Counted from the first letter of the stretch, positions 1-9,164 are shown. The stretch: 64,000 nt of DNA from a bacterium (GCA_024275095.1 JAJRZV010000025.1:599-64598); one strand, 5' to 3'. Notes: generated from the letters alone by a model not told the origin. Made by a program: numbers and translations.

Positions 1-2
1 AG

Positions 3-311
3 AAAGTAAAAGACATTGTTAGGATCCTGGGATGCGAGGGTCAGGAAGCAGAAGTGTCAAACCTTGATAGGTTTCAGGCCTTCGTAGACAACCGTCATTA
101 TCCTCATACCCTGGTTCGAACAATGAACTACCCGTTGTTCCTTGTCTGGTCTCACCTGCGAGAACGTGGAATGGCAACAAGGGCCGAAATCTGCCAAATA
201 GAAGGCTTAGACACTTCCAAGCTGCCTGTTGGGAATCTGGTTGGGCAGCTGGAACGGCTTGGGCTAGCAGAAGAGCGAGAAGGGCAAGTACACGTGCTGG
301 ATAGGGAGTAA
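3..311 (+). CDS. 3' end of a hypothetical protein (5'-partial), possible C-terminal winged helix
   Basis: Frame is open from position 3 (KVKDIVRILGCEGQEAEVSNLDRF...). C-terminus TRAEICQIEGL...VGNLVGQLERLGLAEEREGQV resembles wHTH. RBS AAGGAG of the next gene follows. Confidence 0.55.
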   Translation, partial: KVKDIVRILGCEGQEAEVSNLDRFQAFVDNRHYPHTLVRTMNYPLFLVWSHLRERGMATRAEICQIEGLDTSKLPVGNLVGQLERLGLAEEREGQVHVLDRE

Positions 312-326
312 GGAGCATGTTGCCCA

Positions 327-1157
327 ATGCATCCATTTGAAATAGGAAGAAGTTACGACAGAGAACAAATACTTGCCTTCCTCGGCAGTAAGCAACGTCA
401 AAGTGGCATAGTGTATGGAAAAGCGAATCGAGAGTATATTGCGGTTTTTACCGGGGGGCGTTCCGGTCGAAGGGCAGGATACGAAGACGGGTGGGGACCA
501 GATGGCACTTTCTTGTATTGCGGCCAAGGTTCAAAAGGAGACCAAAGGCTGGCCAGAGCAAACAAGGTTTTGGCCAACCACCGCGGTATCGTGTTGTTAT
601 TCGAAACATGGAAACCCAAGAACACGTGGAAAGGGAAACAGCGATTTCTCGGAGAGTTCACTGTCTTAGGATTCGACTGGTTCAGCGGAAGCGGAACGCG
701 CGAGGGTGATAGGCTTCTCGTCTTTTCCCTACTACCGGCGGCCGGCTTGACGATGCCGCGACAAGCTCCTGATATACGCTATGAAGAATTGAACGATATC
801 GCGGTCTTGCGGAGCAAGGCAATAGAAGCCAGCCGAGAGAGCACTCCAGCGCGAATGACGCTCGCCGAGTACCGCACGAGGTCGCTGGTCGTAGCGCGAT
901 ATGTCTTAGCACGGGCAAGGGGAACGTGCGAAGCTTGTGGCAAACCCGCACCATTCATACGTCCCAATGGAACCCCTTTCTTGGAAGTTCATCACACGCG
1001 TCGTCTGGCAGACGATGGACCGGACGACATCATGCACGTGGCAGCATTGTGTCCCAATTGTCATCGTGAGGCACATCTTGGGGCTAACGTGAATCGATTC
1101 CGGGAGAATCTCGAGGAGAAAATCAAGGTGAAGGAACGGGGCAATGAGGAAAGGTAA
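327..1157 (+). CDS. SRA-like + HNH endonuclease, McrA-type modification-dependent (type IV) restriction enzyme
   Basis: N-term GIVY...IAVFTG...YEDGWGPDGTFLYCGQGSKGDQ (SRA-like). C-term VLARARGTCEACGKPAPF...FLEVHH...LADDGPD...ALCPNCHREAH (McrA-type Zn-HNH). Confidence 0.85.
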   Translation: MHPFEIGRSYDREQILAFLGSKQRQSGIVYGKANREYIAVFTGGRSGRRAGYEDGWGPDGTFLYCGQGSKGDQRLARANKVLANHRGIVLLFETWKPKNTWKGKQRFLGEFTVLGFDWFSGSGTREGDRLLVFSLLPAAGLTMPRQAPDIRYEELNDIAVLRSKAIEASRESTPARMTLAEYRTRSLVVARYVLARARGTCEACGKPAPFIRPNGTPFLEVHHTRRLADDGPDDIMHVAALCPNCHREAHLGANVNRFRENLEEKIKVKERGNEER

Positions 1158-1830
1158 AAGTCGGGAGGGGGTTTGCTTGCCTAACCATTCTCTGCTCCGT
1201 GGATTTAGGCGAAGGTTGCTGGCATGGTATGTGAAAAATGGACGTCACTTCCCGTGGCGAAATAGATCCGCGACTAAGTATCAGCTGATTATTGCAGAGA
1301 TCCTTCTCCAGCGAACGCGAGCCGAAACGATTGCTACTTTCTTTGGGGAGTTCCTTCGGGCTTTTCCCTCCTGGAAAAAGCTTTCGGATGCTAACGAAGA
1401 AGACATCGCTCGTTTCTTGCGGCCAATAGGGCTGTGGCGCCGACGTGCTTCTTCTTTGAAGTTACTTGCTGTAGAAATGGCGAGAAGAAATGGAAGGTTC
1501 CCCCGAAACAGGGAAGAGATTGAGGCCCTGCCCGGGGTTGGCCAGTATATAGCAAATGCCGTTTTGTTGTTCTGTCATGATGAACCCCAGCCATTGCTTG
1601 ACGTCAACATGGCTCGCGTCCTGGAGCGAGTATTCGGACCTCGCCAACTCGCGGACATCCGCTACGATCCGTACCTGCAATCTCTGTCCTCGACGGTGGT
1701 TAATTGCAGGAACCCGAGGGAGATAAACTGGGCGATACTAGACCTCGCCGCAACAACTTGTCGGGACAGCGCTCCTCGTTGCCACGAGTGCCCTCTTAGA
1801 CGCATTTGCCTTTACCAAGGTGGACCATGA
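1144..1830 (+). CDS. HhH-GPD DNA glycosylase with 4Fe-4S cluster, MIG (G:T mismatch thymine glycosylase)/short MutY-like
   Basis: WY...GRHFPWR, AEILLQRT, HhH LPGVGQYIA, catalytic LDVN, C-x6-C-x2-C-x5-C. No MutY NUDIX-like C-terminal domain. Confidence 0.85.
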   Translation: MRKGKSREGVCLPNHSLLRGFRRRLLAWYVKNGRHFPWRNRSATKYQLIIAEILLQRTRAETIATFFGEFLRAFPSWKKLSDANEEDIARFLRPIGLWRRRASSLKLLAVEMARRNGRFPRNREEIEALPGVGQYIANAVLLFCHDEPQPLLDVNMARVLERVFGPRQLADIRYDPYLQSLSSTVVNCRNPREINWAILDLAATTCRDSAPRCHECPLRRICLYQGGP

Positions 1831-2867
1831 GCTTCCGCTTTTGGAGACGAATCAGGATCGCACCGGGCGTGACCCTGAACCTGAGTAAGTCGGGCGGCTC
1901 TCTCTCGTTCGGGCCACGCGGAGCGAAGTTCACCATCGGTCCGAGGGGCAAGCGGGCCACGGTGGGCATTCCGGGAACAGGTCTTTTCTACACGACCACG
2001 CTTCCGAGCGGGCGGTCAGGTGGCAGGAGAAGCGTGTCCTACTCCGCTCCGGCCGTCCCAACGGTCCGCCCGGAAGACCGCCTGACCCTGGGCTTCTTCA
2101 AGCGGCTTATCACGCCGGACGACGAGGAGGCCCTGGTGGATGGGTGCCGGGAGTTGGTCCTTGGCAACGAAGAGAAGGCCCTCGAACACCTCGAGAAGGC
2201 CATCCACCTGGCCGACGGCGCGTACCTTGCCGGTTTTCTGGCGCTCAAGCAGCAGCGGCTTGAAGAAGCCGCGACCTACCTTGCGACGGCCGCCGAGAAG
2301 CACAGCCGTCTGGGCCGCTACTTCTCCAAGTACGGCATCTCCGCCACCATGAGCCTGCCCATCACAGACGAGGTATCCGCGCATGTGGGCCCGGATCTCC
2401 GCGGCGTGCTGCTGGGCCTGGTGGAGGTCTACCAGCGTCAGGAGCGCTGGGAGGATGCAATTGCCTGCCTGGAGCGCTTGCGGCGGCTCGAACCCGACGA
2501 CGTGGTGGTGAAGCTGTCCCTCGCCGAGCTGCTGCTCACCGCCCGCCCGGGCGACAAGAACGTCTGCCGGAAGGTTGTGCGGTTGGCCGAAGGCATCGAG
2601 AACGAGACGCCGGTCCACACCGCGCTGCTCTTGTACAAGGCCAGGGCCCTGCGCGGGCTCGGGCTCCTGGAGGCGGCGCGGGAGACCCTGACGGGCGCCC
2701 TGCGCCGGAAGAAGGGCCGCTCCGAGGAGCTGCTCCGGGCGCTCAGGTACGAACGGGCCCTGGTTTACGAGGACCTCGGCCAGCGCCGGCGGGCGCGCAG
2801 CGAGCTCGAGAAGCTCTACGCCGAGGCCCCGGATTACGAGGACGTGGCGGCCCGGTTGGGGCTGTAG
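1827..2867 (+). CDS. DUF4236 domain + TPR repeat protein
   Basis: MSFRFWRRIRIAPGVTLNLSKSGGSLSFGPRGAKFTIG...TVGIPGTGLFY is the DUF4236 pattern, followed by TPR-like helices. ATGA overlap with the glycosylase stop. Markedly GC-rich. Confidence 0.8.
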   Translation: MSFRFWRRIRIAPGVTLNLSKSGGSLSFGPRGAKFTIGPRGKRATVGIPGTGLFYTTTLPSGRSGGRRSVSYSAPAVPTVRPEDRLTLGFFKRLITPDDEEALVDGCRELVLGNEEKALEHLEKAIHLADGAYLAGFLALKQQRLEEAATYLATAAEKHSRLGRYFSKYGISATMSLPITDEVSAHVGPDLRGVLLGLVEVYQRQERWEDAIACLERLRRLEPDDVVVKLSLAELLLTARPGDKNVCRKVVRLAEGIENETPVHTALLLYKARALRGLGLLEAARETLTGALRRKKGRSEELLRALRYERALVYEDLGQRRRARSELEKLYAEAPDYEDVAARLGL

Positions 2868-2974
2868 CGGAAATCCGAATCAGCGCCGTTTCTGCCCCTT
2901 CGGGGATGTGCCGCTCTTTGAAAAGATATTGTGTATCAACGGGTTAGGTGATATCCTGGCGGTGGAGAGTAATT

Positions 2975-3510
2975 ATGAAGAGGGTTGCGAGTGCGGAGGT
3001 GAACCCACAGGTCCCCGGGTGGTGGTACAAAGTCAGGTTTTACTCTGGTGTTAATAATCTCCAGGTGCTCCTGTGTGACCGTACCGTTTCTTATGGCGTT
3101 GAGGATTTCTATGAATTTTTCGTGTTTATGGCTTTCGCCTGCTTCTGCCGTTGAGCCTCATAAACCTGTCAACGCGATCAAGAAGGTCTGCGCGGACCAG
3201 TGAGATCTCATCAATGATTATGGTGTCAATGGAGCGGTATAGCCTGCGTGTACTCTCGTTTTTCAACTTCTTCACATCCTGCAGGGTCACTCCCGGGTGA
3301 AACCTGAAAAATGAATGGATGGTCTGTCCCATAACGTTAAGCGCGGCAACTCCCGTAGGTGCCAGCACAACCACGTTTTTGCTGGTCTTCTCACGAAAAA
3401 GCTGAAGAAGAGTGGACTTGCCTGTGCCTGCCCTTCCTGTTATGAAAACGTCTTTGCGGGTGTGCTCCAGAAGATAAGGGGCGAGTTCAAATTCCGGTGT
3501 AATTTCTATG
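2975..3510 (-). pseudogene. PIF1/RecD-like helicase remnant (internal deletion, 3'-truncated)
   Basis: DVFITGRAGTGKSTLL...VVLAPTGVAALNV.GQTIHSFF...IIIDEISLVRADLLD, then a jump to KFIEILNAIRNGTVT...NTRVKPDF near 3115-2990. No full-length ORF. Confidence 0.8.
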
Positions 3511-3550
3511 TTTAAGGAATCCAGCTCCTTGTGGTTGCCGGTGCTTTCCG

Positions 3551-3575
3551 GGATAATATTACAGGATAATATTAC
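3551..3575. repeat. Tandem 12-bp direct repeat GGATAATATTAC x2 (13-bp period)
   Basis: GGATAATATTAC-A-GGATAATATTAC read directly. Each copy contains the palindrome TAATATTA. Confidence 0.6.
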
Positions 3576-3920
3576 CAGACTCTTCCTGCTTCAGATAGCA
3601 CCTTGTGGCGTCTCTACCTTACAACCGTAAGCGACTCCGCTGCCCGGCTCTACCCGAAGCGAAAGAATTTTTTATTTGTATTTGTAAATACGGGCATGTT
3701 CTGCCGCCAGCATCATGCTCGCCTGCATTCGTCTCCTCCGGAGCGTTCAAAGAAATCCTCCTGCTTTAATGCTATTCTTCTCTGCATGGAGAACTCACTG
3801 GCCCGGATTGTCAAGTACGGAGGGGTTCCCGATTTATATAATCACGAAGTTTACACGCCGTGTTGAATTGCTCTTTTTTGCCCCTTTTTGTTCAGGCCAA
3901 TGCGTATCTCTCCAATCCCT

Positions 3921-5339
3921 TCATTCTTCCCTTGTCAGCTTCACCTTCACGTGAAATGTGCCCACCTCAGCCCATGGATAAATTTCCGTTCCTGCATTTG
4001 CCACACACCAGTCATGATCGTCCCCGTCGTTGAATCCTATTGTCCAGGTAAAATCTCCCTCGAGCTCTGTATCGGAAATTCTGTAGAGAATCATCTGGAT
4101 CACCTCTACACGATCGCACGTTTTGAAGACCCAGTTGCCTCCAGCATCATCAAATCCTATGTAATCTGTCCACTCATTTATCGTGGTGAAGGATCCAACA
4201 TTATCAGAATTGTAAATAAACTCCTCCAGTACGTAGAGTGTGGATGGTTTCCCCCTTTTCGTCTCAAACTGGTCAGGGAACTGATCTATCTCTTCGGGTG
4301 TAAGTGACCAGTCAAACTCTCTTTCTTCCACACACAGCTGGTCGTTTTCTTTTACTTCAGGTGAGTGATAGCAGTTGGCAAAGCAGTAAAGCTGTTCAGA
4401 AACAGGGGTAAGGTCCTTGCAGTAATCGCCTGTGTCTCCGTCGTTATTGTAATCGTTTGCCCAGCCGGATGCCTCTGTGCAGGAGTTCCCCCAGGAACCG
4501 GGTTCGGGAGGGTCTGGTGTATATGTGAAATGCCCCAGGAGATTAGTGTCGTCTATAATCACCTGTGGAGATTCAGCATCGCTATCTATATCTTCCTGGG
4601 TTACTCCGATCACCCCACCACATGACAGGAAAGCCTGCTCGCTCTTCCACACCATTATTCCGTACCGCTTTTTCCCCGTATTTTTATCTGTGGCGGAAAA
4701 TCTCAAAAGGTAAATTGGCAATCCCCCCTCCACACATGGACCCTCATCAGGAGGAAGAGCTGCAGGGTCCGTGTAACCTGGTCCCCCTTTCACACACTCC
4801 ATTTTCCACGAGCCCGTAAAGTCAAAGGGTTGTGAAATCTCTGTTTTTCCAGCCACCTGGATTTCTCCCTCAACAGATACAACTGCAATTTTGGCATCAA
4901 GGTCCACAATAATGGTTCCCAGATCCGCATCATCAGCCGTCACCACAGCACCTGAACGAACAGTGCCTCCCTCCAGGTTTGTCTCGGGCTGTTCAAAAAT
5001 AAGGTCTGCGATGTGGTTGCCGTTTTCATCAAGCACAAAACATCCGAAGGCCTTTCCTTTGGCATCAAAATTCACAATTTCAAAATACCCTGACTCGTCA
5101 GCCACTCCACTTCCGGCCTTGGGATAATCCTCAAAAGTAACGCAGTAAAGCACATAGTGAGCCAGGGGCACCCCTGCTCCATCCTGCAGGGATTGAAGAA
5201 GCGCATTTTGAACAGTTGCGCCTTCTCCAACAAGCCTCCCGGTTATGGTAATGGTATTTTTCTCGCCGCCACCGCATCCCCCTACAGCAATAATTATTCC
5301 CGCAAGCAAAAATAAAAAAATGCTTCGCCACTTCATCAT
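3921..5339 (-). CDS. Cys-rich acidic hypothetical lipoprotein
   Basis: 472 aa ORF, signal peptide with lipobox-like IAVGGC, RBS GGAGG upstream. Confidence 0.8.
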   Translation of the reverse strand: MMKWRSIFLFLLAGIIIAVGGCGGGEKNTITITGRLVGEGATVQNALLQSLQDGAGVPLAHYVLYCVTFEDYPKAGSGVADESGYFEIVNFDAKGKAFGCFVLDENGNHIADLIFEQPETNLEGGTVRSGAVVTADDADLGTIIVDLDAKIAVVSVEGEIQVAGKTEISQPFDFTGSWKMECVKGGPGYTDPAALPPDEGPCVEGGLPIYLLRFSATDKNTGKKRYGIMVWKSEQAFLSCGGVIGVTQEDIDSDAESPQVIIDDTNLLGHFTYTPDPPEPGSWGNSCTEASGWANDYNNDGDTGDYCKDLTPVSEQLYCFANCYHSPEVKENDQLCVEEREFDWSLTPEEIDQFPDQFETKRGKPSTLYVLEEFIYNSDNVGSFTTINEWTDYIGFDDAGGNWVFKTCDRVEVIQMILYRISDTELEGDFTWTIGFNDGDDHDWCVANAGTEIYPWAEVGTFHVKVKLTREE

Positions 5340-5395
5340 TCACCTCCGTGTTCTATCTCTGGTGCTCAGCATAATTTTTCTCTTTGTTGAAAGTA

Positions 5396-5411
5396 TGTGA
5401 TACAGGTCACA
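5396..5411. promoter_or_regulatory. CRP/FNR-family binding site (TGTGA-N6-TCACA)
   Basis: TGTGATACAGGTCACA, exact CRP core consensus, 57-72 bp upstream of the lipoprotein start. Confidence 0.6.
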
Positions 5412-5627
5412 CACGTGGCCCCGGTCCGGAGAAGGGGTGTTTTTGTGGAAAAAAATTAAGAGAGTCGATTCTTACGGGGACATCTGCTTGTCCTGCTGCA
5501 CCTGGGTCAAAGCTCAATTTTTAGCTTCTGAAAAGATTCGTTCAAACATGCCTCTGCCAGCGTTCTACGTTATTACACACAAGTCTTAATGCTATGGTAG
5601 TCCGACAGGTGACATGGTTGTTATCTA

Positions 5628-6431
5628 TTATCTGACACTAAGAATTGTATTCTTCCAAACATTCCCTACGATTTTGTACCCAAGTCGAAAAATATTAATC
5701 AGATAACCACTCTGCATGGGGAGATTCTCTATTATTAGTATCGGCCTGTTTTTCTCAATGGTCGCCATGGCCCCAATCAGTGCAGTTTTTTTCAAACCCT
5801 TCAACATCCAGGTGGAGAATTGATACGTGCCGATTTGAGGAGACAATGTCGCCTGTCCTACCGTTTTAACCTTAATAAATTGAGAATTGTTCTCACTTTC
5901 AGCATCAACAAAATGACCGGCCCCTCCCAGGGCTCGGCCCTTTTCATCCAAGACTCTCAGGGGAAACAGACCGTTTTCTGAACCCAGTCCAGCATTTATA
6001 AGCTCAACATTTTTCAAATTGTTTATCAAAATTGTAATGGTGGCGCATCTATAGTTTTCTGGGTTAGGCTCAAATGCCCAGAGCTTGGCTCCTTCTGAAC
6101 ACGCTCTCGCCAATGCCGGAATAAAATCGCCAAAATATGCACCAGCATGGATAATATCTCCCTTCCCAACATTTTTAACTATGTACTCAATGGTATCCTC
6201 TTCCTACACCTGGCCCGATAGAACTCTCTGTGCAGCCGGACGATGATAAGATGACAAAGGTATACAAAAGCCACCGTATTTATTATATGCAATGCAGCAT
6301 CCTAAGACAGAAGGGTCACTATCTGGATATGTAGTAAAAAGCGGCCCTGTGCGGATTCTATTTATTTTGACAAATCTTCCTGTCACATGGACAGGCGAAT
6401 TAGGGAGCAGTTTTTTTATTAATTGCTTCAC
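5628..6431 (-). pseudogene. FkbM family methyltransferase, interrupted
   Basis: In-frame TAG at 6204-6206 (GQV*EEDTIEY...IIHAGAYFGDF...WAFEPNPENY). Conserved ILHLDVEGFE lies in a shifted frame (~5790-5850). Confidence 0.8.
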
Positions 6432-6678
6432 TGATTTCCTTTTTTAATTTAAATTGAATTTTTCAGATTTTTGTCTTGTCCAGATCCACCTGTACTCGCA
6501 ATACTGTCTTATGTTCGATCCACAAATTCAGGTCCGATACTATAATAAGTGTCTTCTGATAATCAAAGCAAAATTTTATACACTACCAGTTTTTGCTAAT
6601 TAACACAAAAAAGAGTAGAATGAAAATAGTTCCTCTTAATGCTCTCCCCTTCCAGTCGGGTAAAAAAGGAGGTTTTTT

Positions 6679-7554
6679 ATGAAGCATGAAAAAAGAAATG
6701 AGAGATGGACTCGTCTGTTGCGGCCTTTTTACAGGGCCGGAAAGCCACTCGGTGCGCTTGGTGTGATTATGGCGCTGGGTGTCCTCTTTTCGTGTGGCGA
6801 TAGGGGGGCGCTCATTTCTGAACCACAGTTCGACATTATCGGTGAAATGTTCGCAACCCTTGCTCTCTCACCAGGCTCCTCCGCAATAGGGAACAATGCC
6901 CAGTCTGTTCCACTTTTGGAAGCCCGGGGGATTAATCCCCTGGAAAACTGTTCTCCACAGAAACTTATACCGCCTTCCAACTGTGGTGAAAGCGGGAACA
7001 TTTACACAACGATCAACCTCACGTGCTCAGGGCCGTCGGGGTGTTGTGGAGCTGACCCGCCGTGTGAGAAAGACACCATGAGCATAGAAGGCACCGGTAG
7101 CACCGTGTTCAACACGTGCACGACCTCAACAGCAGAGGGCGACAGGGTGGTGATTGACGGCACCATATATACAACTCTCACAGTGGACACTGCCTTTACG
7201 TGTTCAGGCATTGTTTCTGCACAGTCGAAGGTTACCCTTACAGGCAGGCCCTCTTTCCGGGTCAACGGAAGAGAGGTCTGCAACGGTGACATTTTCATTA
7301 CTGTTACAGCATTCGTGGGTAGCAGTGTATACGTGATTGTGTCTGGAAACATTTGCGACCAGTACTTTTACAGGAAGTACGATTACGGGTGCTCCGTGGA
7401 TTGCGGCAGTTACTGCTGCCCTTCCGGTGCTGTTTGCGCCACGTGCACATCAGGAGAAGCCTGTTTCGCAGCGATTTACCCCGTTGACTGCTGTAATGGA
7501 TACGCCTGCCCGGCTGGCACCACCTGTACGAGTGATGGCAAGTGCCAGTATTAA
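6679..7554 (+). CDS. Cys-rich hypothetical lipoprotein
   Basis: RBS AAGGAGG, hydrophobic stretch ending VLFSC, C-terminal disulfide-rich tail (CSVDCGSYCCPSGAVC...CCNGYACPAGTTC). Confidence 0.75.
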   Translation: MKHEKRNERWTRLLRPFYRAGKPLGALGVIMALGVLFSCGDRGALISEPQFDIIGEMFATLALSPGSSAIGNNAQSVPLLEARGINPLENCSPQKLIPPSNCGESGNIYTTINLTCSGPSGCCGADPPCEKDTMSIEGTGSTVFNTCTTSTAEGDRVVIDGTIYTTLTVDTAFTCSGIVSAQSKVTLTGRPSFRVNGREVCNGDIFITVTAFVGSSVYVIVSGNICDQYFYRKYDYGCSVDCGSYCCPSGAVCATCTSGEACFAAIYPVDCCNGYACPAGTTCTSDGKCQY

Positions 7555-7620
7555 ATTAAATGGTTACAACACGGTAATTTAATTGCAGGTACAATAGAGT
7601 ATTATCACTGTCACTTCAGG

Positions 7621-7649
7621 TTGCAAATCCGGCGCCTGGAATTTATAAC
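7621..7649 (+). promoter_or_regulatory. sigma70 promoter of the riboswitch-crcB transcript
   Basis: TTGCAA (7621-7626) - 17 bp - TATAAC (7644-7649), immediately before the riboswitch. Confidence 0.7.
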
Positions 7650-7653
7650 AGTT

Positions 7654-7710
7654 CAGAGGGGATGGAGTCCCCCTGTAACCGCCCGTTATAAAGGGCTGAT
7701 GACTCCTATC
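7654..7710 (+). ncRNA. Fluoride riboswitch (crcB RNA motif)
   Basis: GGGGATGGAGTCCCCC..AACCGCCC-loop-GGGCTGATGACTCCTA matches the GAUGGAGU...AACCGC...GCUGAUGACUCCU consensus and lies upstream of crcB. Confidence 0.92.
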
Positions 7711-7731
7711 CGCCTGTGCAGGCGGTTTTTT
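7710..7731 (+). terminator. Intrinsic terminator (riboswitch expression platform)
   Basis: CCGCCTG-TG-CAGGCGG hairpin followed by TTTTTT. Confidence 0.8.
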
Positions 7732-7765
7732 ACTACATTGCAGATGCTGTTCAGGAGGATGTTCT

Positions 7766-8143
7766 ATGGGTCTGAAATTGTTGCAACTGGCTCTGGCAGG
7801 AGCTCTGGGAACGCTGGCCCGTTACGGTCTGGCAGGTTTTGTGCACCGCATCAATGGTGCATATTTCCCCTGGGGGACCTTTGCGGTGAACGTAACCGGA
7901 TGCTTTTTTGCAGGATTTTTATGGGCGATGTTCGAGAGCCGCTGGGTTGTTTCCGGCGAAACCCGTACCATTTTACTGGTGGGTTTCATGGGAGCGTTTA
8001 CGACATTTTCTGCTTTCATTCTGGAGACAGGTGAACTCATCAAGCCGGCGGAATGGGGCTATGCCGTGGCGAACCTTTTGTTGCGAAACGGTTTCGGCCT
8101 TGTGGCCCTTTTTTTAGGAGCGGCTCTCGGGCGCCTTGTGTAA
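7766..8143 (+). CDS. crcB: Fluoride channel Fluc/CrcB
   Basis: AGALGTLARY, FPWGTFAVNVTG, GFMGAFTTFS. 125 aa, 4 TM. Confidence 0.95.
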   Translation: MGLKLLQLALAGALGTLARYGLAGFVHRINGAYFPWGTFAVNVTGCFFAGFLWAMFESRWVVSGETRTILLVGFMGAFTTFSAFILETGELIKPAEWGYAVANLLLRNGFGLVALFLGAALGRLV

Positions 8144-8171
8144 TAGAGCAGACAAAGGAGGTGGATAAGAC

Positions 8172-8516
8172 ATGAAACTTTCTTCACAAGCATTGCTATT
8201 GAGAATATTTATCGGCGAAAGTGACAAGGTGGGAGGAAAGCCTTTATATGAAGTTGTTGTCGAGGAGGCCAGGCGACGGGGTATGGCGGGAGCTACGGTG
8301 TTGAGAGGATTTCTTGGGTTTGGAGCTACCAGTCGGATACATACGGCAAAAGTTTTGAGGCTTTCTGAAGATTTGCCCATAGTTGTTGAGATCGTGGATA
8401 CCAAGGAAAAGATTGAGGAGTTCCTGCCGGATCTTGACGGCATGATCGATCAGGGACTTGTGACTTTAGAGAAAGTCCAGGTTATAGCTTATCGCCACAA
8501 CTCCACCCAAAAGTAA
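8172..8516 (+). CDS. DUF190 (PII-like) protein
   Basis: LLRIFIGESD...GMAGATVLRG..GFG...LRLSEDLPIVVEIVD. Usual crcB neighbour. Confidence 0.92.
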   Translation: MKLSSQALLLRIFIGESDKVGGKPLYEVVVEEARRRGMAGATVLRGFLGFGATSRIHTAKVLRLSEDLPIVVEIVDTKEKIEEFLPDLDGMIDQGLVTLEKVQVIAYRHNSTQK

Positions 8517-8524
8517 GCACGTTT

Positions 8525-9164
8525 TTGTCTCCCTTATTTACTTTGGGACACATGCACAATAATGGTGCACGTCCCGTGGGAACATTTTCGTCTTCCTCAT
8601 GTGTTACAGATACCGAGGGTACGTACAGGGTTGCCTACGGGGCTTGCCAGGTGAGCGGCAAGGAAGAGATAAAAGCGTGGCTTGTTTTTGATCCTTCGGT
8701 GTCTGACCGGAAAATACTCCTTGTTGGAGTTCAGGAACTTTACCCCATGCCCGCAGGGAGGTACCGGTTGAACCGGTCAGACCTCTATTCATCGTGACAA
8801 TCACTATGGCACCTATTACACGGTTGTAAACATGCGTCTCATAGCAGAGGATTTTTACGAGGAGTTTGAAGCGATGCTTGGCATAAATGACATGAGTCTG
8901 CCACTTGGGGGGCTGTTTGATATTTACCATAACTGGCATCCACCTCACAATTCCCATAGAAAAGGAACAAGTGTTGATATAGACCGGTGTGCGTGGAAGG
9001 ATGGTGGGATAGAGGAAGGTGGCGTTGCTGCTGAGGATCCTTGTGGTCTTTCTCTTGGTTATCCAGGGGGATTTGTGAGGGTGGATAGGAAAGAAATAGA
9101 GAAATTATGCAACCAACGGGGTGGTAGGTTGCTTCCAGAACCCACCTGCCATTATGAATTTTAA
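8525..9164 (+). pseudogene. 5'-truncated, frameshifted LAS/MepA-like zinc peptidase
   Basis: GHMH..ARPVG fragment, +1 shift near 8771 into TGQTSIHRDNHYGT...GINDMSLPLGGLFDI...HNSHRKGTSVDID...CHYEF (H-x6-D...H LAS-type ligands). Confidence 0.6.

Noticed and set aside
6204-6206. Pyrrolysine readthrough of TAG in FkbM
   Set aside because: The gene also has frameshifts, no pyl genes are seen, and the position normally holds Tyr/Trp.
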